Shown one piece after another: positions 57,402-64,000 of a DNA stretch of 64,000 bases. Within the stretch, counting starts at the first letter, position 1, and every line of letters starts with the position of its first letter. A program made the translations under genes and the position numbers. The notes beneath the pieces are model-generated. The model was not told where the DNA came from. It saw only the letters and a program-made list of their open reading frames with translations, and made no database searches. Source of the stretch: a bacterium. Lineage in GTDB: Bacteria; Bdellovibrionota; Bdellovibrionia; Bdellovibrionales; Bdellovibrionaceae. The stretch is taken from assembly GCA_019752925.1 (NCBI GenBank), contig JAIELP010000008.1:101223-165222 (forward strand), read 5' to 3'.

Positions 57402-58190
57402 TTATTCCTCGTCTGTCATTCTGCTCGTCAGTGGGTACAAATAGAAAGTGAATTTATACACTTCGTTTTTGTCGCCTTCTTCTAAACACAAAGTTAGTTC
57501 GTCTTGAAATTCTCGTATCATTTTTTTGGCTTTATCTAAATTTTTTGAGTTGGCGGCTACAGTAATGGCCGTGAAGTCACGCTCATCTACCGGGCAAGAA
57601 TCTAAAGCTTTTTCTGCCAATTGTAAATCCACATAATGCGATTTACGCACAGCTTGGTTCGGAATATTATCACTGGTGATTAAAGCTTTTTTATTTGTGA
57701 TTAGTTTTTTATTTTTCTTAAAGATAAAACCTAAGCGCAACAAACGCTCAATAGCTTGGTTAACTGTAGGCTGAGGCATAGCGAGCTTTTTAGCAATCCA
57801 AGCCACATCAGACTTAAAACCCTTAGTTTCCATTAATGAAAGTAAAGCAAAGTGCTGCCATTCACTGATTAAGTTAAATTGATCTGAACTCAACTGTAAG
57901 AAATCGATGCTTTTTTGAGCCCGAGGGTTAGCGCGTACCGTTTCCAGCATTTTTTGATCAAAATGGCTTAAAAGGCCTGTGGCCTCTTTGGGGTCTAAAT
58001 TCATTTTATCAAGAATGCGGGCTGCCAGTTTTTTAGAGATTTTACGTTTACCGTTCAGGATTTCGCTTAAGGCGCTTGGGGCTAAGTTCAGCTTTTTGGC
58101 GTAAGCTCGTAAAGAAAAAGATGGGCTTTTTTTCTTTATAAGCTCCAAATGGGAGCGTATTTTATTCTGAATTAAAATTTGTTCATTCAT
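57402..58190 (-). CDS. TIGR02147/DUF4423 family protein with N-terminal XRE-like HTH
   Basis: FSLRAYAKKLNLAPSALSEILNGKR, SEWQHFAL, ERDFTAIT, REFQDEL, YLYPLT. Confidence 0.88.
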   Translation of the reverse strand: MNEQILIQNKIRSHLELIKKKSPSFSLRAYAKKLNLAPSALSEILNGKRKISKKLAARILDKMNLDPKEATGLLSHFDQKMLETVRANPRAQKSIDFLQLSSDQFNLISEWQHFALLSLMETKGFKSDVAWIAKKLAMPQPTVNQAIERLLRLGFIFKKNKKLITNKKALITSDNIPNQAVRKSHYVDLQLAEKALDSCPVDERDFTAITVAANSKNLDKAKKMIREFQDELTLCLEEGDKNEVYKFTFYLYPLTSRMTDEE

Positions 58191-58246
58191 TATACACTCC
58201 GGAAAGTTTTTACCATGGCCCGATTTTTGTGGTCATTGTGGCACTT

Positions 58247-58276
58247 AAGTGTTCCAAAAATCGGCTCCGAACACTT
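58247..58276. promoter_or_regulatory. Inverted repeat AAGTGTTC-N14-GAACACTT upstream of the TIGR02147 gene
   Basis: Perfect 8-bp arms; half-site shared with 58965-59000. Confidence 0.5.
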
Positions 58277-58306
58277 ATTAGCAATTTCTTTGCCCAGTTT
58301 TTTTAA

Positions 58307-58894
58307 CTACAGACAACGGCGAACTTCGATTCTTAATTGAGCACTTTCAAGACTTAAATAACTGTTCATATCCGTCTGTGTCTGACGTAATAATCCTGTC
58401 ATTGAAACCGCCAGCATAGCCGAAGTTGCTCCACATTTAGAAACAGCCCATTCTTTAGAATTAAGAGATGTTCGCGTTTGTAAGCTATTAGAACCTCTTA
58501 GCTTTAAGCTGGTTGGTTTAACTCTCACCGCACCAACAATACTTACACCGTGATCTAATGTTAAAACATCACTGATACCCGCACTGTAGCTACCTTGAAG
58601 CTCAACGCCTCTTACAATAACTTGGTATCCTTGAGCTATAGAAAGTGGAATACGGAGGTTACAGTTTTTTCTATCAAACAAAGCATCGCGTTTGCCTTCA
58701 ACAACAAATCCATCCAATAAGGCAACAACCAGATCGCCTTCGGCAGAAACTGAAGTTGAAGCGGGTGTACAACCTGTACCGCCGTAACCGATTTGACCTA
58801 ACTGAACTGCAGAGCTCAATGATCCGCCCGGAACCAATTGAGCTAAAACTTTAACTGATATTAACAAAGAAACTAATACTAATGCTTTTTTCAT
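58307..58894 (-). CDS. Secreted DUF4360-like protein
   Basis: Signal peptide, YGGTGC, RKNCNLRIP, SKCG, terminal C; ATG 58894 with SD GGAGG. Confidence 0.78.
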   Translation of the reverse strand: MKKALVLVSLLISVKVLAQLVPGGSLSSAVQLGQIGYGGTGCTPASTSVSAEGDLVVALLDGFVVEGKRDALFDRKNCNLRIPLSIAQGYQVIVRGVELQGSYSAGISDVLTLDHGVSIVGAVRVKPTSLKLRGSNSLQTRTSLNSKEWAVSKCGATSAMLAVSMTGLLRQTQTDMNSYLSLESAQLRIEVRRCL

Positions 58895-58964
58895 AACCCC
58901 TCCCACAAGGTGTTTTATTTAACTTGAGCTAGAATTAGCGTGGCCGTTAATGAAATACAAGCTT

Positions 58965-59000
58965 TTTTGGAACAAAGTGTTCCAAAATTTATTTGGAACA
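58965..59000. promoter_or_regulatory. Triple alternating TGTTCCAAA half-site array
   Basis: TTTTGGAACA-AAG-TGTTCCAAA-ATTTA-TTTGGAACA. Confidence 0.5.
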
Positions 59001-59024
59001 GAAAAAGAGCACAAAATGATTAAA

Positions 59025-59813
59025 TTACAGACGAAACAGGCGTTTAAAATTACCTGAGCCAATTTCAAGAACATCGAAAACACTTAAATTTCTGATGTTC
59101 GCAATAGCTTCAGCAACATTGTAAATGGAAACGGATTCGTTTAAACCTCTCCACCCTGCCGGTGTTTGATCGGGAGAATCACTTTCAATTAATAAATACT
59201 CAAGTGGTATTTTAGAAATACAGTCGCGCAGCTTCGAGTTTTTTTCATGAGTTATTGCCCCACCCACTGAAATTAAAAAACCTTTATCAATAAATTTTTT
59301 AGCTGTATCAAAACTGCCATTGAAAGCGTGTAAAAAGCCTTTTCGCTCTGGAGAACCCCAAATTTCTAAAATTTGATTGGCTTTTTCATGGGCCTGAACA
59401 ATGTGAAGCACCATTGGTTTTTGAAATACTTTCGCTAACTCAATTTGGTTTTCAAACATTTCGATTTGTAACAACTCAGATTCTTTCATGATATGTGGTC
59501 TGAAATCTAAACCAGCTTCACCTAGCGCCATGGCATCAGGTAATAATTTACTGAGTTCGTCTAAGGCGGCTTCGCACACTTCAACTTCGCTATCGCTTAC
59601 AAAGTAAGGATGCAGGCCGAAGCAAAGACCGATATTTTCAGGGTAACGTGCTTTGATCGCGATCTGACGCTGCCATTCTTCAGGATTAACTCCGCCTTGC
59701 AGAAAAAAATCGATATTCTTAACTAAGCAAGCCTGAAGCATTCGATCAATCTGTGATGAATCCTGAGCAAATCTCATATCGGCCCAATGTGAATGTGCAT
59801 CTACAAATTTCAT
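59025..59813 (-). CDS. tatD: TatD family hydrolase
   Basis: VDAHSH, GLHP, GEAGLD, LHIV, LHAFNG, ESDSP. Confidence 0.92.
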   Translation of the reverse strand: MKFVDAHSHWADMRFAQDSSQIDRMLQACLVKNIDFFLQGGVNPEEWQRQIAIKARYPENIGLCFGLHPYFVSDSEVEVCEAALDELSKLLPDAMALGEAGLDFRPHIMKESELLQIEMFENQIELAKVFQKPMVLHIVQAHEKANQILEIWGSPERKGFLHAFNGSFDTAKKFIDKGFLISVGGAITHEKNSKLRDCISKIPLEYLLIESDSPDQTPAGWRGLNESVSIYNVAEAIANIRNLSVFDVLEIGSGNFKRLFRL

Positions 59814-59959
59814 GACATTTACCCTATCCAACGTCCTGCTGGCTTGTGCTTTAGTCCTGTTAACCGGCTCTTACTTCTAGACTTATCAATGTTCACATTT
59901 ATTCCGATAAAAGTCATATGGAAAATCCATGTGATGTTCCATATTGAAGGAGTACGTTC

Positions 59960-61018
59960 ATGAAAAATGAAAATTTTCAAATGCTGATTGAGATCAAAAC
60001 ACACACAGGACCGGTGCTTAAACCTCACGAAGTCCATTTCTGGGATCTTAATTCCTCACACAATCCTAAGCATTTGCATAATTTAGTTCCGAATGCTCCT
60101 TTTAAATTTTATACCGATGCCATTTTAGGTTTATGCTTTCATAAAATGACAGACTACAAACATTTAACTCCGGAACAAAAGAGCTTTTCTGAAAAAGCTT
60201 ATCGCACATTTGACCCATACACTGAGCTTTTCCAAAAATCTGCTCCTCGTGTTAAATCATTACGTGCGAAAGATTTAAAACAACAAATTCATTTTGAAAA
60301 TTTTGAAAAACAAATGACTGAGATCTGGTCTCATGCGTTTGAAAAAAATTCGATTTCGTTCAATAAACTGACAGCTGCAATGGATTGTATTGCACAGTTT
60401 GAATTACACACCTCATCTCCCCTCATTTACAACTTCTCAGTTAACTTCAGTGCTAAATTTACTGAAAAACTGATTTGCTTTTACTCTTTATTGTTCCATT
60501 TAAGATCAGTAGTGGCTGTAGATCACAATGCTCATGTTGAAGACAGCTCTTATGAGTCAGTAACTTGCGATTCTATTTCAGACTACTTACCTAAAGCCGA
60601 CTACACTGTTAATGATGCCTTACTTTACTGGCAGTTTAAAAAGCTAAGTACTCCATTCGTAGGCCATAAAGACAAAGATTCACGTTTAGAAAAATTATTT
60701 GTAGAACCATTACACAGACACTTTAAACAGTACAATCACAACGCCTGTGCCTTGGTAGATCAATTGCCGCCGTCTTTCTTAAGTTCGCTAAAGCCAACTG
60801 AAATGGAAGAAGCGCTTCACCATGTTCAAATGGACTGGCTATTAGGTTCTGAAAGCGGTTTATTATTTAAAATCAGAGAAGAATTATTTGGCGTAATCGA
60901 AGGTTACGATAAAATTTTCTGGCCAGAAACCACAAACTTAAAAACAAAGAAAGCTTCAGCGCTTAACCTTTGCTTTGAGTTAAATGAAAAAGACTTGTCT
61001 TGGCATGCAGTAGCTTAA
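59960..61018 (+). CDS. Hypothetical cytoplasmic protein
   Basis: 352-aa ORF with SD GAAGGAG and genome-like codon usage; no recognised motif. Confidence 0.75.
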   Translation: MKNENFQMLIEIKTHTGPVLKPHEVHFWDLNSSHNPKHLHNLVPNAPFKFYTDAILGLCFHKMTDYKHLTPEQKSFSEKAYRTFDPYTELFQKSAPRVKSLRAKDLKQQIHFENFEKQMTEIWSHAFEKNSISFNKLTAAMDCIAQFELHTSSPLIYNFSVNFSAKFTEKLICFYSLLFHLRSVVAVDHNAHVEDSSYESVTCDSISDYLPKADYTVNDALLYWQFKKLSTPFVGHKDKDSRLEKLFVEPLHRHFKQYNHNACALVDQLPPSFLSSLKPTEMEEALHHVQMDWLLGSESGLLFKIREELFGVIEGYDKIFWPETTNLKTKKASALNLCFELNEKDLSWHAVA

Positions 61019-61043
61019 GAGTTTAATACATTTTTAAAAGTTG

Positions 61044-61068
61044 CGCCGGTTAATAGCCGGCGTTTTTA
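61044..61068 (+). terminator. Intrinsic terminator between convergent genes
   Basis: CGCCGGT-TAATA-GCCGGCG followed by TTTTT. Confidence 0.75.
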
Positions 61069-61070
61069 TT

Positions 61071-61754
61071 TCAGGCTTCGGCTTTTTTTGCGAAAAATTT
61101 TTTATAGATAAAGTAAATAGCGATTAATATTAAAATACAAAGAACTACTATTTTAAACTGCTTCAGGCCTTTTAATATTGGATCACCGTAATAAGCCAAT
61201 AACAAAATCTGTGTCGGAACAGAAATCCCCGCCGCTATTCCGTCAATAACGCCAAACTTCCAAGCAGGAAACTTCAACATTCCACAGGCTAAGTGGCCTG
61301 GGAATCTTAGGCCCGGTGTAAAACGAAAAATACCACAAGCATAGGCTCCATATTTCTGAGTCCACTCTTCGATTTTAATTCTATTCTCTTCAGACAGAAC
61401 TGCACGTATAGGTCGCCACTCAAAGATACGCCGCCCGAAAAAACGCCCGATCGCATAAATCAGGAAGTCCGCCAGAAATACCGCTAAAAATGCAACTACT
61501 GCAGCAACTTCTGCATCCACCGGATGAGCGCCCGCATAGGGAGGCGGATATTTTCCAGGATGAGATCCCATATATGCCAATATACCCACGCTGACTAACG
61601 TAGCCTCTTCAGGAAGAGGTAAACCCACAGCCGACAGGAGCATCATAATTATTGTGAAAGCGTAAACCCACATAGGTTCATAGGCATAAGGAGTCAGGCA
61701 CACTAAAGTGTCTTTACTATTCCATAAGCAGTGAATTAGAGAGTCGTTCATCAT
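61071..61754 (-). CDS. DedA family membrane protein
   Basis: GLPLPEE, DFLIYAIGR, RFTPGLR, AG. Confidence 0.92.
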   Translation of the reverse strand: MMNDSLIHCLWNSKDTLVCLTPYAYEPMWVYAFTIIMMLLSAVGLPLPEEATLVSVGILAYMGSHPGKYPPPYAGAHPVDAEVAAVVAFLAVFLADFLIYAIGRFFGRRIFEWRPIRAVLSEENRIKIEEWTQKYGAYACGIFRFTPGLRFPGHLACGMLKFPAWKFGVIDGIAAGISVPTQILLLAYYGDPILKGLKQFKIVVLCILILIAIYFIYKKFFAKKAEA

Positions 61755-61826
61755 GATATCATGAGCAGTTTTAGTTCATTTGTTAAGCTCTTGAACGAAG
61801 TCGGTACACTGTGCTATTCAAAAGTC

Positions 61827-62708
61827 ATGAATGAATCAAACAACTCTCTCGTGAGCTCGCAAGGGTTTGAGTACGGAGTTAAACATTTCTACAATCAAAG
61901 GTCTGGTTTAATAAGTGAAATACTGTTTGATTCACTTGATTTAAACTCAGAAGCCTCTAATGCTTTGCTTAATTTAGGTGCTATATACGTTAATAATCAA
62001 AGACAAACGGCAGATACAGTCATTGCAGAAAACAATTTGTTCCGTGTTCATACTAAGCCGCGCCGCTATAATTGCGATTACGACTGGAATTCGCTGATTG
62101 TTTTTGAAAATCAAGATTTCGTTATTATTAACAAACCTTCAAGAATTCCGAGCCACCCCTCAGTCGACAATATCATTGAAAACTCACTGACTCAGGTTGC
62201 AAGTGCTCGAAATATTAAACTTTTAATTACTCACCGCTTAGATACATTAACTTCAGGCTTAATTGTGTATGCCAAAACTGAAACCTTCGTTAGAAGTTTT
62301 AATATTCAGATGCAGGAACGCAACATTGAAAAAAAATATGTGGCGTTGGTTGAAACATCACATACTTTACCATCACGCCTCATTCACTATATGGAACCCT
62401 CTCCACGGGCTCCTAAAAAAGTTTCTGAAACATTTACTGAAGGCTGGGCATTCTGCGAGCTTGAAATTTTAAATCAAAAGAAAATATCGACAGATATGAG
62501 TTGGCTTAAGATCAACCTACTAACTGGACGTACTCATCAGATCAGATCCCAGCTATCCTCAGCTGGTGCACCGATTTTAGGCGATCAGCTTTATGGCTCA
62601 AAAATGCCATTTCCTGCCAATTCAATTGCTCTCAGAGCCTTTCAGTTAGAGTTTAACTGGGGTACACAGCGTGTTGAATTCAAGCTCAATGAAGATTTTG
62701 ACATTTAA
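61827..62708 (+). CDS. RluA-family RNA pseudouridine synthase
   Basis: INKPS, HRLDTLTSG, KYVALV, GRTHQIR, GDQLYG; ATG 61827 preferred. Confidence 0.92.
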   Translation: MNESNNSLVSSQGFEYGVKHFYNQRSGLISEILFDSLDLNSEASNALLNLGAIYVNNQRQTADTVIAENNLFRVHTKPRRYNCDYDWNSLIVFENQDFVIINKPSRIPSHPSVDNIIENSLTQVASARNIKLLITHRLDTLTSGLIVYAKTETFVRSFNIQMQERNIEKKYVALVETSHTLPSRLIHYMEPSPRAPKKVSETFTEGWAFCELEILNQKKISTDMSWLKINLLTGRTHQIRSQLSSAGAPILGDQLYGSKMPFPANSIALRAFQLEFNWGTQRVEFKLNEDFDI

Positions 62709-62732
62709 GCCCACTCTGCCTATGTTTTTTTC

Positions 62733-63857
62733 ATGAAAAAAATTAACTCATTCAAATTATTGGCTGTTCCATTTTTATTAACATTAATTGTTGGCTGCAA
62801 ATCAACTCCTAAACAAGACGCTGCCGCAGCTTCAGCACCAGCAGTTATTGATGCAAAAACAGTTGCTAAGTCTGATGGCGAGCTCTCTGTAATGACTTTC
62901 AATGTAGAAAACATGCTTGATACAATTCACGATAAAGGCACAGAAGATTACACTTACCTTCCATTATCTAAGAAAAAGAAAAACAAAGAAGTTCAGGCTT
63001 TCTGCAAAGCCATGACAAACAGCTACTACCAAAAAGAATGTTACGAATTTGACTGGAGTGATGCAGTTCTTAAAGCCAAACTTAAAAATGTAGGCGATGT
63101 AATTAAATTTGTTGATGGCGGAAAAGGCCCAGACAACATTTTAATGGCTGAAGTTGAAAACTTACGAGTTTTAAAAATGCTGGTCAAAACACAGCTTTCT
63201 AAATTAGGTTACAAAACAGTTGTATTAATCGAAGGACCGGACTTACGCGGTATCGATCCGGCTTTTATTTCTAAATTCCCAATGGTCGGCAAACCCAAGC
63301 TTCACATTATCCCTTACCAAGACAGCAATCCTGAAAAATTAAAATGGGCCAAACGTTCACGCGGAATTTTAGAAGTTACTGTTCAAGCTCCTAATAAAAA
63401 GAATATTACTTTCTTATCAGCTCACTTTCCGTCACAGTCTAACCCGACTGAATGGAGAGCTCAGGCTGTTGAGTTTGCCAAAAACTTAATGCTGGACTAC
63501 CAAAAACAGGGCCGCGCCGTTATTTTCGGTGGCGACTTAAATATCATTACAACTGAAGAAGCTTCTAAAGCTTACTTCAAGAACGAATTAAGCAAAGCTG
63601 GTCAGGTTTCTCACTTAGTGGGTTGCAAACACTGCTTAGGTAGCCATAACTACCGTGGCGACTGGTCATTCTTAGACGTATTGGTGTTTTCTAATAACTT
63701 AAAAGACGTTGGTTTTGAATTACAAACAGACTCTTTCCAAGTTGTAAGATCTCCTTACAATACAAAAGCAGACGGAACTCCTAACCGTTTTAACCCTGAA
63801 GCTAAAACTGGCGCAGCCGATCACTTCCCGCTTTATTCAAGAGTTAAGTACTTTTAG
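62733..63857 (+). CDS. Endonuclease/exonuclease/phosphatase (EEP) family lipoprotein
   Basis: Lipobox IVGC; TFNVEN, AEVEN, GDLN, LD, DHFP. Confidence 0.9.
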   Translation: MKKINSFKLLAVPFLLTLIVGCKSTPKQDAAAASAPAVIDAKTVAKSDGELSVMTFNVENMLDTIHDKGTEDYTYLPLSKKKKNKEVQAFCKAMTNSYYQKECYEFDWSDAVLKAKLKNVGDVIKFVDGGKGPDNILMAEVENLRVLKMLVKTQLSKLGYKTVVLIEGPDLRGIDPAFISKFPMVGKPKLHIIPYQDSNPEKLKWAKRSRGILEVTVQAPNKKNITFLSAHFPSQSNPTEWRAQAVEFAKNLMLDYQKQGRAVIFGGDLNIITTEEASKAYFKNELSKAGQVSHLVGCKHCLGSHNYRGDWSFLDVLVFSNNLKDVGFELQTDSFQVVRSPYNTKADGTPNRFNPEAKTGAADHFPLYSRVKYF

Positions 63858-63874
63858 TAAAAACGGATAGTTTT

Positions 63875-63927
63875 AAATTAAGGCCTTGGTTACTGAATTC
63901 TTCAGATTGAGCAAGGCTTAATTTTTT
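63875..63927 (+). terminator. Probable terminator after the EEP gene
   Basis: AAATTAAGGCCTTG...CAAGGCTTAATTT stem with inner CTGAA/TTCAG, followed by T-run. Confidence 0.6.
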
Positions 63928-64000
63928 AAAGTTAAATTTCCAGTTTACAGGATGAATGACCAAAATTCCGTGAACATTAGATTCTAATTTTTCCAAAATT

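Noticed and set aside
59916-59944. Inverted repeat ATATGGAA-N13-TTCCATAT in the tatD/hypothetical divergent region
   Set aside because: Single 8-bp AT-rich instance with only partial resemblance to the TGTTCC sites; could be chance.
5950-62914. Many short antisense or frame-shifted ORFs in the track (e.g. 5950, 7977, 8710, 11321, 19087, 22570, 29108, 40253, 49345, 57261, 62720)
   Set aside because: They lie within well-supported genes and have no SD or motifs; treated as shadow ORFs.
63930-64000. Possible 3' end of a minus-strand gene at the window edge
   Set aside because: Too short to fix the frame or product.

Overview
A 64-kb chromosomal window, most likely from a Bdellovibrionota (Bdellovibrio/Pseudobdellovibrio-like) predator. 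The assignment is inferred from gene content: a Bd0055-like histone fold, a TIGR02147/DUF4423 regulator, a CE4 deacetylase lipoprotein and many secreted proteins. Most genes are on the minus strand. Housekeeping genes include ddl, recQ, xerD, uvrB, uvrC, cysS, gltX, carD, recG, lysS, fbaB, tcdA, tatD, rluA and one tRNA-Cys(GCA). I found no rRNA, CRISPR array, transposase or prophage. The strongest unexplained signal is a perfect 48-bp palindrome at 38052-38099. It encodes the first codons (MKKQ) of two divergent genes, has the geometry of a symmetric pair of sigma70 promoters with leaderless starts, and contains an 18-bp core (GTTCATA-N4-TATGAAC) that recurs upstream of the lipocalin operon. 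Together these suggest a GbsR/MarR-controlled photolyase, lipocalin and DUF393 light/oxidative-stress regulon. Other candidates are a 23-aa leader ORF with an anti-SD upstream of an HPF/RaiA-like gene, a zinc-finger histone at the end of a peptidase-ddl-E2 operon, repeated operator-like half-sites around the TIGR02147 gene, three sigma54-like promoters with a shared nearby motif, and an unannotated 46-aa membrane protein.
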